This document shows, piece by piece, positions 38,963-48,129 of a DNA stretch of 64,000 nucleotides. This DNA is from Zoogloeaceae bacterium (lineage in GTDB: Bacteria; Pseudomonadota; Gammaproteobacteria; Burkholderiales; Rhodocyclaceae), in the NCBI GenBank assembly GCA_024235635.1, contig JACKMA010000009.1, positions 38,347-102,346 on the forward strand. The letters run 5' to 3'. Position 1 is the stretch's first letter, and the number at the start of each line of letters is the position of its first letter. Both the position numbers and the translations under genes were made by a program. The notes below the pieces were generated by a model. The model made no database searches. It saw nothing but the letters and a program-made list of their open reading frames with translations, and was not told the origin of the DNA.

Positions 38963-40695
38963 TGCAGCTTGCCAGCCACAGCACGCCACTCCAGCCCACC
39001 GCCGGCATCATCGCAAGACTCGCCGCGCTCGCGCCGGTCTGGCTGGCCCTGCTGGCGGCGCTGACCTATTGGCCGAGCCTCGACAACGGTTTTCACCTCG
39101 ACGACTACGCCAACTTCGTCGAAGTCCAGGAAATGCATGTCGAAACGCTGTCGCTCGACACGCTGGGGCCTGCGATGGACGCGGCGCTGCTCGACCGGCG
39201 GCCGATCCCCAACGCGTCTCTGGTCATCGACTGGTGGCGTGGCGGCGGTGACCCGGTTCCGTTCCAGCAGACCAACATCGTCATACACGTTCTGTGCGCG
39301 CTGGCGGTGTTCGCATTCGTCCTGACCATGCTCGTACTCGCCGCCCCGGATCCCGAAAGCCGAACCCGCCAGCGTCTCATCGCACTCGGCGCGGCCGCGA
39401 TCTGGGCGGTGCATCCGATCCAGGTCCAGGCGGTGACCTACATCGTCCAGCGCATGGCGTCGATGGTCGCGCTGTTCTTCCTGGCATCGGTCGTCTGCTA
39501 CATCGCGGCCCGGCGGACGGAAGGGTTCGCGAAGGCACTGCTGTGGTGGGCACTGACTGTCGCCTTCGCTGCCTGCGCGCTGATGTCCAAGGAGAATGCG
39601 CTGATGCTGCCGCCGGCACTGATTCTGGCGGAATACGGCCTGTGTCGCCGCCCGGGCGCGCAGTTCCGCTACTGGTTCGACCGTTACCTCTGGCTGGCGG
39701 TCGTCGTGCTGACGCTGTACGTCGCACTCGACCTGTTCGTCATTCAGGGACCGGTCAGCGTGAAGATGAACTTCGCATACATCTTCCGCGACTTCACGAT
39801 GGAGGAGCGGATCCTGACCCAGCCACGGGTGCTGCTGTTCCACCTCGGCCAGTTGCTGTGGCCCCTGCCCGATCGATTCTCGCTCGAGCACGACTTCCAG
39901 ATCTCGCAAGGACTGCTGTCACCACCGTCGACCCTGGCTGCCATCGTCTTTCTCGCAGTCTGGCTGGTCGGTGGGCTGATCGCATTCTTCAGCCGGCATT
40001 ACCGTATCATCGGGTTTCTCGCGCTGTTCCCGCTGGTAGTGCTGATTCCGGAGAGCACGGTTCATGGCCTGGAGATGGTGTTCGAGCATCGCATGTACCT
40101 GCCGAGCGCAGCACTGGTGGCGTTGCTCGCCCTCGCCGTCCAACGCACGATCACGGCGGTTCCCGGTACTGCGCAGGTCTGCGCGACCGTGACCGTCCTG
40201 GTGATCGGCCTGCTCGCCGCTGCGACTGTCGTTCGACTGCCCGAATGGCGCGACGAGGTCACCCTCGGCCAGGCCAATATCCGCAATGCACCGACGGCAT
40301 GGCGCCCGCGGCTGAGCTATGGCATCGCACTGAAGCGCCAAGGGCGCCATGCCGAAGCGACCGAGGCCATCGTCACCGGTGCGCGTCTCGCCGGCGACGA
40401 TCGCAAAGGGCTCGAGATCGCAGCGGTCGCACTGTCCGAGATGGACCGACTGCCGCAGGCGATCGCATTGCTGTCCCGGCTGCAGGAACTCAACGTCAAG
40501 GCACCCTACGTGCGTCAGCAGAAGTTGCTCGGGCAAATGTTGCTGCGCTGCGGACGCCCGGCCGAGGCGCGCCAGGCACTGGCCGTTGCCCGCCAATCCG
40601 CCCCCTGGGATACCGAAGTCGATGCACTGCTCGATCTCGCCGACCGGATCGATCGATCCGCAACCGTCGCCGCCGAATGCGCGCGGACCGGCTAG
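38962..40695 (+). CDS. TMTC-like multi-TM GT-C protein with C-terminal TPR-like helices (putative protein O-glycosyltransferase)
   Basis: YWPSLDNGFHLDD after TM1, RP, HPIQVQAVTYIVQR, SKENA, EHRMYLPS, W-RD then Ala/Leu-rich TPR-like tail; ATG overlaps tfpZ stop. Confidence 0.8.
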   Translation: MQLASHSTPLQPTAGIIARLAALAPVWLALLAALTYWPSLDNGFHLDDYANFVEVQEMHVETLSLDTLGPAMDAALLDRRPIPNASLVIDWWRGGGDPVPFQQTNIVIHVLCALAVFAFVLTMLVLAAPDPESRTRQRLIALGAAAIWAVHPIQVQAVTYIVQRMASMVALFFLASVVCYIAARRTEGFAKALLWWALTVAFAACALMSKENALMLPPALILAEYGLCRRPGAQFRYWFDRYLWLAVVVLTLYVALDLFVIQGPVSVKMNFAYIFRDFTMEERILTQPRVLLFHLGQLLWPLPDRFSLEHDFQISQGLLSPPSTLAAIVFLAVWLVGGLIAFFSRHYRIIGFLALFPLVVLIPESTVHGLEMVFEHRMYLPSAALVALLALAVQRTITAVPGTAQVCATVTVLVIGLLAAATVVRLPEWRDEVTLGQANIRNAPTAWRPRLSYGIALKRQGRHAEATEAIVTGARLAGDDRKGLEIAAVALSEMDRLPQAIALLSRLQELNVKAPYVRQQKLLGQMLLRCGRPAEARQALAVARQSAPWDTEVDALLDLADRIDRSATVAAECARTG

Positions 40696-40710
40696 CGACC
40701 AGCCAAGCAC

Positions 40711-41922
40711 GTGCCCCAGGACATCGCGTCCGCGACCGGAGCCAGTACCGATCCCCCGCTTCGCCTGCTGCTGCTGACCACCTCGTACCCGGTGGCCGGC
40801 CAATCGGTCAGCGGTGCCTTCGTCGAGCGGCTCGCCAACGCCCTGGCCGAGCAGGTGCGAGTGACCGTGCTGACACCCGACGCGGCGACGCCGCCCGAGC
40901 GCCGTCCGCGGTCGGCACTTACGCTGACGACGTTTCGCTACGCCCCCCGCCGGCATCAACGACTCGCTCACGGCCCCGGCGGCATACCAGCCGCATTGCG
41001 CGCCGGCTGGCGCCAGCGCCTGCTGGTGCTGCCCTTTCTGCTCGCGATGTTCGCAGCCACCTGGCGCCACGCAAGTCAGCATCAGGCCATCCTCGCCAAC
41101 TGGTCGGTTTGCGGGCTGATCGCCGGCATCGTCGGACGATTGCAGCGCCGCCCGGTGGTCACCGTGATGCGCGGCGAAGACGTCGCCAGGCTTGCCGGCA
41201 GTGCGCTGTTCCGCGCGATCGCCAGGGCCTGTCTTCGCCAGTCGCGGTCAGTGGTGACCGTCAGCGACGCGATGGCCGAGCAGTTGCGAAGCTTCGATCC
41301 GGCGCATGCCGACAAGGTCAGGATGATCGCCAACGGCGTGTCCGACGACTTCCTCGCAGTGCCGGAGGTCGACACCGCGGCGACGCCGCTACGCTTGCTC
41401 TATGTCGGCAGTCTGATTCCGAGAAAGTCGGTCGTCACACTGGTCGAGGCGATGTGCAGACTGTCCGAGGACGTCCTGCTGACGATCGTCGGCGAAGGCT
41501 CGGAGGCGGCAGCGCTGGTCGCCCGCAGTGTCGCGGCCGGACTCGATCGCCGGGTGCGCTTCCTGCCGTTTCATCCGAGCGACCAGATCGCATCGCTGCT
41601 GGCCGATGCGCACGCGCTGGTCCTGCCCAGCCTGTCCGAGGGTCGACCGAATGTCGTCATCGAGGCGCTCGCGGCCGGGCGGCCGGCGATCGTCAGCGAC
41701 ATCCCCGGTTCGCGCGAGCTGGTCGGCGACGACCAGCGCGGGCTGCGATTTCCTGCCGGCGATGCCGCCGCCCTCGCCGATTGCATAGATCGCCTGCGCG
41801 ATCCGACGCTGCGGCGGCGCCTGGGAAACCACGGTCGCCAGTTCATTCACGAACAGGGCTTGAGCTGGACCGCCGCTGCACGCGAATATCGCCGCCTGTT
41901 CGAACCGACGGAGCGCTGTTGA
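40711..41922 (+). CDS. Glycosyltransferase family 4
   Basis: LLTTSYP, IANGV, VGSLIPRK, EGRPNVVIE (EX7E). Confidence 0.9.
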   Translation: MPQDIASATGASTDPPLRLLLLTTSYPVAGQSVSGAFVERLANALAEQVRVTVLTPDAATPPERRPRSALTLTTFRYAPRRHQRLAHGPGGIPAALRAGWRQRLLVLPFLLAMFAATWRHASQHQAILANWSVCGLIAGIVGRLQRRPVVTVMRGEDVARLAGSALFRAIARACLRQSRSVVTVSDAMAEQLRSFDPAHADKVRMIANGVSDDFLAVPEVDTAATPLRLLYVGSLIPRKSVVTLVEAMCRLSEDVLLTIVGEGSEAAALVARSVAAGLDRRVRFLPFHPSDQIASLLADAHALVLPSLSEGRPNVVIEALAAGRPAIVSDIPGSRELVGDDQRGLRFPAGDAAALADCIDRLRDPTLRRRLGNHGRQFIHEQGLSWTAAAREYRRLFEPTERC

Positions 41923-41929
41923 CAGCAGC

Positions 41930-43783
41930 ATGTGTGGGATAGCCTTTCTCTACGACTCGGAGCTCGCCGACGGCGATGCGCGCCGCCGCCTCGACGCGTG
42001 CATGGCGGCCATGTGGCATCGAGGCCCGGATGCCGGCGGTCTGAGCCGCAGCGGGGCGGCCTGGCTCGGCCACAGACGCCTGTCGATCATCGATCTGGGT
42101 GGCAGCCGGCAGCCGATGCAGGATCCGGACAGCCGATTCACACTCAGCTACAACGGCGAAATCTACAACTATCGCGAAGTCCGCCAATCGCTCGCGCAGC
42201 GTTGGACCTTTCGTACCGACGGCGACACCGAAGTCCTGCTGGCAGGACTGGTGGTCGAAGGCATCGACTTTCTGTCCCGGCTCGAGGGCATGTGGGCCTT
42301 CTGCCTGTGGGATGCCGAACAACGGCGCGCGCTGCTGTGCCGCGACCGCATGGGCAAGAAACCGCTGTTCTACCACTGCCGCGGCCCCGGCCTGCTGGCG
42401 GCCGCCTCCGAACTGCCGGCCTTGCGCGAGCTGGTCGCAAGCGGCCTGACGGAAGACCTGGACTCCACCGCCGACATCCTGCGCTACGGCCATCCGTTGC
42501 CCGGCCACACCGCATGGCAGCAGATCAAGGAGGTGCTGCCCGGTCACTACCTGACATGGCGGCCCGGCGAAGCGGCGGTCGAGCAGCCCTGGTGGCGCCT
42601 CGAGCCTTTCCGCTACGGCGGCACCGAACGCGACGCCGCGCGCGAGCTCGAAACGACGTTGATCGAGGCTGTTCGCCGCCGCATGGTCGCCGACGTCGAG
42701 GTCGGCGCGTTCCTGTCCGGCGGCGTCGACTCCTCGTTGATCTGCGCGATCATCCGCCGGCACCTCGAACTGCCGCTGAAGACCTTCACCATCGGCTTCG
42801 ACGACCTGTCGTTCGACGAACGAGAATATTCCCGACGAATCGCGCATGCGCTCGATACCCGGCATTTCGAACAATGCCTGAGCCTCGGCAACGCGCCGGA
42901 ACTGGAACGCCTGCTCCACGCTCACGTCGGCCAGCCGCTCGCCGATCCGTCGCTGCTGCCGACTGCCCTGGTCTCCAGCGTCGCCGCCGAGCAGGTCAAG
43001 GTGGCACTGTCGGGCGACGGCGGCGACGAGCTCTTCTGCGGTTACCAGCGCTACCAGGCACGCACCGTCCTGCGCTGGTATTCGCGCCTGCCGTCGGGGC
43101 TGCGCCGTCTCGCCGAAGCGGCGGTGCGCGCACTGCCCGAGCCGACCGCCCATCACAGCCGCAGTCTGTTGAAGAAGGCACACCTGTTCCTCGATGTCGT
43201 CGGCCGCGAACGGCCCGATCGCCCCTACGTGGCACCCGAACTGCTCGATCCGGCGCAATTCGAAGCGCTCGCGCCGGCGCTGGCCGGGCGCGGCCACCTT
43301 CCGCCCGGAATCCCGGCCGAGACCGAACCGGACGATATTGCGCGCATGATGGCCGCCGACGCACTCGTCTACCTGCCACAGGACATCCTGGTCAAGGTCG
43401 ATCGGGCAAGCATGGCCCATTCACTCGAGACCCGCGCACCATTTCTCGACAGCCGATTGATCACGCTGGCCTTCTCGCTGCCGCGCCACTGGCATCGGCG
43501 CGGCTTGGCCGGCAAGCGCATGTTGCGTTCGGCCTTTGGCGAGCTGTTGCCGCCATGGATCTGGCAGCGGCGCAAACAGGGCTTCGGCGTTCCCGTTCAC
43601 GCCTGGTTCCGCGGCCCCCTCGGCGACCGCCTGCAGGACCTCGCCGAATCCGACCCCGACGGTCCGGTCGATGCCCGGGCGCTCGTCCGACTGCTCGACG
43701 AGCATCGCAGCCAGCGTCAGGACCACGGGCTGCGCCTTTGGGCCTTGTATGCCTATCTGTCATGGCGTGGGCAGCGGATTTGA
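41930..43783 (+). CDS. asnB: Asparagine synthase-like glutamine amidotransferase (glycan-cluster type)
   Basis: MCGI Ntn Cys, HRGPD, HRRLSIIDL, NGEIYN, LSGGVDSS, SGDGGDELF, KVDRASMAHSLE. Confidence 0.92.
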   Translation: MCGIAFLYDSELADGDARRRLDACMAAMWHRGPDAGGLSRSGAAWLGHRRLSIIDLGGSRQPMQDPDSRFTLSYNGEIYNYREVRQSLAQRWTFRTDGDTEVLLAGLVVEGIDFLSRLEGMWAFCLWDAEQRRALLCRDRMGKKPLFYHCRGPGLLAAASELPALRELVASGLTEDLDSTADILRYGHPLPGHTAWQQIKEVLPGHYLTWRPGEAAVEQPWWRLEPFRYGGTERDAARELETTLIEAVRRRMVADVEVGAFLSGGVDSSLICAIIRRHLELPLKTFTIGFDDLSFDEREYSRRIAHALDTRHFEQCLSLGNAPELERLLHAHVGQPLADPSLLPTALVSSVAAEQVKVALSGDGGDELFCGYQRYQARTVLRWYSRLPSGLRRLAEAAVRALPEPTAHHSRSLLKKAHLFLDVVGRERPDRPYVAPELLDPAQFEALAPALAGRGHLPPGIPAETEPDDIARMMAADALVYLPQDILVKVDRASMAHSLETRAPFLDSRLITLAFSLPRHWHRRGLAGKRMLRSAFGELLPPWIWQRRKQGFGVPVHAWFRGPLGDRLQDLAESDPDGPVDARALVRLLDEHRSQRQDHGLRLWALYAYLSWRGQRI

Positions 43784-44880
43784 ACAATATCCAGCGTCAT
43801 CTCGCGCTGCTGCTGCCGGAACTCGAGGCCGGTGGCGCCCAGCGCGTCATGTTGAGCATGGCCGGCGGCCTCGCGCGGCGAGGTCACCGGGTCGACCTGC
43901 TGGTGCTCGCGGCCACCGGGCCGCTGCGCGACGAGTTGCCTGCGGCGGTCCGGCTGGTGGACCTCGCCGTGCGCGGCGGCGACGAGGGTGGCACGATCTT
44001 CGCCTTGCGGGCCGTCGCCCGTCTCGCCGGCTGGTTGCGGCATGAGCGCCCGGCGGCACTGCTGAGCACGATATCCGGCACCAATCTGGCGGCGGTACTG
44101 GCGCGCGCACTCGGCAGTCCGTCGACCCGGCTGGTCCTGCGCGAAGCGGTCACCCTGGACAACGTCGTCAGCCCCGGCCGACTGCGGCTGATGCGCTGGC
44201 TCTATCCGCGGGCCGACTGCGTGGTTGCGCTCAGCCACCACATGGCCGCACAGATCAACCGTTCGCTCGGTGTCCCGCTGCCACGTATCCGCCGCATCGC
44301 CAACCCGGTGGACACCGCCCGTATCCACGACCTGGCCGCACGACCGCTGTCGCATCCGTGGCTCATGCAACCGGACGCGCGCCTGATCGTCGGAGTCGGT
44401 CGCCTGATTCCGCAGAAGGATTTCGCGACGCTGCTGCGGGCATTCGCCCGGCTGCCGGCGGCCGGCGTCCGCCTGGCGATCGTCGGCGACGGACCGGAGC
44501 GATCGGACCTGGCGCGTCTGGCCGTAGAACTGGGGCTGTCCGACGCGGTACTCTTCGTCGGCTTCGACGCCAACCCGTGGCGCTGGATGGCACGTGCCGA
44601 GCTGCTGGTCTCGTCGTCCCGCTGGGAAGGACATCCGAACGTCCTGCTCGAGGCGCTGGCCCTCGGGTTGCCGGTGGTGTCGACGCGCTACGACCCGTCG
44701 GCCTGCGAACTGGGCGAACTGGCCGGCGGGATTCCGGTGCGTCTTGCCGAGGTCGGCGACGTCGATGGTCTGTCGCGTCAGATCGCGGATGCGCTGGCCG
44801 CGCCCGCCGCGCGACACCACGGCGCCCCGTCGAGCGTCGAAGCCGGAATCACTGCCTACGAGGATGCACTGCGTGGCTGA
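43780..44880 (+). CDS. Glycosyltransferase family 4 (GT-B)
   Basis: C-terminal part of ORF 41932..44880; TTG 43780 overlaps asnB stop; GGAQRV, IANPVD, GRLIPQKDF, EGHPNVLLE. Confidence 0.88.
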   Translation: MNNIQRHLALLLPELEAGGAQRVMLSMAGGLARRGHRVDLLVLAATGPLRDELPAAVRLVDLAVRGGDEGGTIFALRAVARLAGWLRHERPAALLSTISGTNLAAVLARALGSPSTRLVLREAVTLDNVVSPGRLRLMRWLYPRADCVVALSHHMAAQINRSLGVPLPRIRRIANPVDTARIHDLAARPLSHPWLMQPDARLIVGVGRLIPQKDFATLLRAFARLPAAGVRLAIVGDGPERSDLARLAVELGLSDAVLFVGFDANPWRWMARAELLVSSSRWEGHPNVLLEALALGLPVVSTRYDPSACELGELAGGIPVRLAEVGDVDGLSRQIADALAAPAARHHGAPSSVEAGITAYEDALRG

Positions 44881-45790
44881 ACCGCTGGCCGACACCACCG
44901 CTGCGACGCCGGTTCGCTGGAAGGGTGAGCTCAAGCGTCTGCTGTATGTCGCGATTGCAATCCTGCTGGCGATCTTCCTGATACGGCTCGGTGCCGAACC
45001 CTGGCGCCAGGTCGCCGCCCACTGGCCGACGATGATCGCCGTCGCGGTGGTCTCGGCGCTGGCCATGTTGCTGCAGGCGGCGTCGTTCCGTACCGTCCTG
45101 CCGGACGACGGATGCCGGCCCGGCTGGCTCGAACTGACCCGCATCTGGGCGCTTTCCGGCGCGATATCGGCGGTTGCACCCGTGTTCGTCGGTGTCGGCA
45201 CCCGCGCCACCCTGCTGGTCCAGGCCGGACTGACCCTCGGCGCCTGCGTCTCGACCAGTGCCCGCCAGGCATGGCTCGGTCTCGAGAGCGCGCTGCTGTT
45301 CGCCGCCGTGTCGGTGCTGCTGGTGCAACCGCCCGGCGCCGGCTGGATCGCCGCGCTGCTGGCATCGGCCGGTGTCGCCATGGTGGCCGTGCGCATCACG
45401 GCGACGCGGACCGAGGCGAGACGACTGCCAGCCCGGCTGCGGCGCTGGTGGGACAGTCTGCGGGCGCCGGTCGGTGCCCGCGCATGGCTGCTGTTCGCGC
45501 TCCAGGTCCCCGTCATGGCCGCCACCTACTATGCCGGCTACGTCGGCCTGGGCGCGGCCATCGGCTTCGAACACGCGATACTGCTGGCCACCGTCACCAT
45601 CATGACCAGCGTCGTCGTCTTCATTCCGATGGGGCTCGGCGTGCTCGACGCCCTGTGGGTGTATGCGGCGACACGGGCGGGTCTGTCGCTGGCGGATTCG
45701 GTGGCGCTGGCTATCCTGCTGAGAACTTCCTATCTGAGTGCCGCGGTGTTCGTCGCAGCGCTGTTGTCAGTGCTGCCGCGGGTCCGCTGA
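44873..45790 (+). CDS. Integral membrane protein, flippase-like (LPG-synthase TM / AglD-C type)
   Basis: About 7-8 hydrophobic segments; C-terminal FIPMGLGVLD...ILLR resembles PGGLGxxE...R motif; start inferred. Confidence 0.65.
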   Translation: MAEPLADTTAATPVRWKGELKRLLYVAIAILLAIFLIRLGAEPWRQVAAHWPTMIAVAVVSALAMLLQAASFRTVLPDDGCRPGWLELTRIWALSGAISAVAPVFVGVGTRATLLVQAGLTLGACVSTSARQAWLGLESALLFAAVSVLLVQPPGAGWIAALLASAGVAMVAVRITATRTEARRLPARLRRWWDSLRAPVGARAWLLFALQVPVMAATYYAGYVGLGAAIGFEHAILLATVTIMTSVVVFIPMGLGVLDALWVYAATRAGLSLADSVALAILLRTSYLSAAVFVAALLSVLPRVR

Positions 45791-46519
45791 CGGCTTCGTC
45801 GCGACGGCGTAGATGCCGGTCTTCTTGCGCCCCAGCAGCGAGAATCCGAGATCGATCAGTTCGTTGCCCCAGGTGATCTCGCGCGCTTCGACCGGGCCGA
45901 ATCCGACCGCCGACAGCCGGCTGGCCAACGATTGCGCGGTCCAGGAGCGCACATGCTGCCAGCGGTGGAAGGTACAGCCGCATTCCGGGCAGATGGTGCG
46001 CTCGACGTCGAGGTCCTCGCCGTTCGGCGTGGTCACGAACAGACGCCCGCCCGGCGCCAGCGCGCGCAGGCATTCGGCCAGCACCTCGTCGAGACGCTCG
46101 TCGGACAGGTGCTCGACGACCTCGGTCAGCAGCATCAGGTCGGCACCGCCCTCGGGCAGCGACGACGGCAGCGCTTCGATCACCCGGGCCCCTTCGAATG
46201 CCGCTGCGCCGCGATTGCGCGCTTCGGTGGCATCTACGCTACGCGTGGACGGGTCGAGCCCGAGGATGCGGGCACCGGGCGGCAGCATCGGCATGCAGGC
46301 CGCGATCAGGCTGCCGGTGCCACACGAGAAATCGACTACTCGGCCAACCGAAGCCAGCAGCCCCAGCCGCTTCAGGGTGCGGGCGACGTGGCGCCCGACA
46401 CGGGCGCCGAAGTATTTCTTCTCCATCGCCGGCAGCGAACTGTAGAAGTTCCACAGCCGGTTGGTGTTCTCCTCGTTCCACTCGATGGGGTGCGGGGCAA
46501 ATGGCTTGTCGGCGCTCAT
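45767..46519 (-). CDS. Class I SAM-dependent methyltransferase with CxxC insert
   Basis: VVDFSCGTG, TEVVEHL, LAPGGRLFVTTPN, CPECG...HRWQH; ATG overlaps upstream stop. Confidence 0.85.
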   Translation of the reverse strand: MSADKPFAPHPIEWNEENTNRLWNFYSSLPAMEKKYFGARVGRHVARTLKRLGLLASVGRVVDFSCGTGSLIAACMPMLPPGARILGLDPSTRSVDATEARNRGAAAFEGARVIEALPSSLPEGGADLMLLTEVVEHLSDERLDEVLAECLRALAPGGRLFVTTPNGEDLDVERTICPECGCTFHRWQHVRSWTAQSLASRLSAVGFGPVEAREITWGNELIDLGFSLLGRKKTGIYAVATKPSADPRQH

Positions 46520-47289
46520 CCGCTTCTCTCCATGGATTCGTTGGTCTCGGCCGCGGCGAGCACGAAGACGCGGGTCGCGGCGCCGAGCACGGCGGCCAGG
46601 ACTCGCCGCAAGCGAAGTGTGACGATTGGCCCAAACACGCTCTGGCCGGTATAGAAATAGGGGCAGGCGCGCACCGCCAGCACCTGCCAGCCGGCGCCGT
46701 CGAAATGGCGCTGCCAGGCACGCTGCGAGAACCAGTAGAGCTCGCTCAGGGAGTTGCCGCGCTCGCCATGGCGGTTTGGCCAGAACACGTAACGCAGCGA
46801 CCCGGCCGAATGCGCGACGCCGGCGTCGGATACGCCGGCGCCGCCCAGCCGGGCCACAGCCGCCCGCACTACGCGCACCGGATGGGTCAACGAGGTCCAC
46901 AAGCGCCAGGCCGGTGTCGGCAACACGTGGATCGCCAGGCCACCGGGCCTCAGCACGCGATGCAGCTCATGCTCGAAGGCGTCGAGATGTGCGACGTGTT
47001 CGAGCACGTTGGAACTGAACACCACGTCGAAGCAATCGTCGGCAAACGGAATGCGATGGCCGTCGTAGAGCATTACCGGCGAGTCGTCGCAAGCATCCGG
47101 GTGACGCGCGACATCGATCGAACAGACCTGGTAGCCGCGTCGCTCGAGTTGGCGCGCCTGCCAGCCCTGGCCGCCGCCAATCTCGAGGATCCTGCGGTCG
47201 CCGGGACGCAGTGCCGCCAGTGCGAAGCGAAGCTCGCCGGTGCGGATCGCCCGCAGGAATCGCGTCCGATCCGTCGGCCGCCGGCTCAC
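46516..47289 (-). CDS. Class I SAM-dependent methyltransferase
   Basis: ILEIGGGQG, FDVVFSSNVLEHV, LHRVLRPGG; GTG 47289 overlaps upstream stop. Confidence 0.85.
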   Translation of the reverse strand: MSRRPTDRTRFLRAIRTGELRFALAALRPGDRRILEIGGGQGWQARQLERRGYQVCSIDVARHPDACDDSPVMLYDGHRIPFADDCFDVVFSSNVLEHVAHLDAFEHELHRVLRPGGLAIHVLPTPAWRLWTSLTHPVRVVRAAVARLGGAGVSDAGVAHSAGSLRYVFWPNRHGERGNSLSELYWFSQRAWQRHFDGAGWQVLAVRACPYFYTGQSVFGPIVTLRLRRVLAAVLGAATRVFVLAAAETNESMERSG

Positions 47290-48050
47290 TGTCCGCCCCT
47301 TCGCACGGCGGACCGGACCTTGCGCGCCACCACGCGGTAACTGAACGGCATCAATCCGGAACGCGGCAACAGCTTGCCCAGCAGCCATCCCGCCAGATTG
47401 AGCGGCAACACCGCGAGCAACAGCAGTGGCGCCAGCAGCAGTGACGGGCTGGCCGCACGGGCGGCATGGATCACGCTGTCGGCCAAGGCGATCGCCATCA
47501 GTCCGGCCGAGACTTCCAGCGGGTGCATGGTGGCCGAGATCTCGCACGGCGCCAGTCCGTTCCTTTCCAGCAGGCGCTCGATGCCGGCGGCGGTCCACCG
47601 CTGGTAGTCGTGGGGCAGATCGTGCAAGGGATAGAGAAAAGGAACGTGAATCAGGCATCTGCCGTCTTCGCGCAGCACCCGTGCCGCCTCGGCCACCGCC
47701 AGATCGGCCCGATCGAGGTGCTCGAGCACATCGATCAGCGCCACGGTATCGACGCTGTCGCCGGCGACCGGCAACCGACGGCCGTCGGCGAGCGCGTCGG
47801 CACCACCGGCATAGCCGAGCGCCACCGTGGGCGGATAGTCGATGCCGACGTAGCGCACACCGGTAGGCAGCGCATCGCGCAGTTCGCCATTGCCGCAGCC
47901 GATGTCGAGCAGGGTACCGTGCGCATGCGCACCGACCCAGGCGCGGGTCGCGGGCCGGTGCCGCAACAACAACCACTGGGGGTGAATCGGCAAGCCTTCA
48001 AGCGGCCTCAGCCATCGCTGCAGGCGTCGGCTCGGGCTCGCAGCGCTCAT
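47286..48050 (-). CDS. Class I SAM-dependent methyltransferase
   Basis: LLDIGCGNG, DVLEHL, VPFLYPLHDLPHDYQRWT; hydrophobic C-terminal segment. Confidence 0.87.
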   Translation of the reverse strand: MSAASPSRRLQRWLRPLEGLPIHPQWLLLRHRPATRAWVGAHAHGTLLDIGCGNGELRDALPTGVRYVGIDYPPTVALGYAGGADALADGRRLPVAGDSVDTVALIDVLEHLDRADLAVAEAARVLREDGRCLIHVPFLYPLHDLPHDYQRWTAAGIERLLERNGLAPCEISATMHPLEVSAGLMAIALADSVIHAARAASPSLLLAPLLLLAVLPLNLAGWLLGKLLPRSGLMPFSYRVVARKVRSAVRRGGQ

Positions 48051-48129
48051 CGCGAACTCCAGCAGACGATGCGCCAGCGCGCCCGCGACGAGCCGCTGCC
48101 GACCGCGGCCTTCGCAGCCGGGCGACTCA

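Noticed and set aside
38962-40695. Interpretation as TfpO/PglL O-oligosaccharyltransferase or O-antigen ligase
   Set aside because: No Wzy_C-type H-N motif seen; motif order fits TMTC-like GT-C, and the pilin lacks the C-terminal Ser needed by TfpO
41932-44880. 982-aa ORF suggesting an AsnB-overlapping fusion or frameshift
   Set aside because: Only the part from TTG 43780 has GT4 motifs; the rest is an off-frame read of intact asnB
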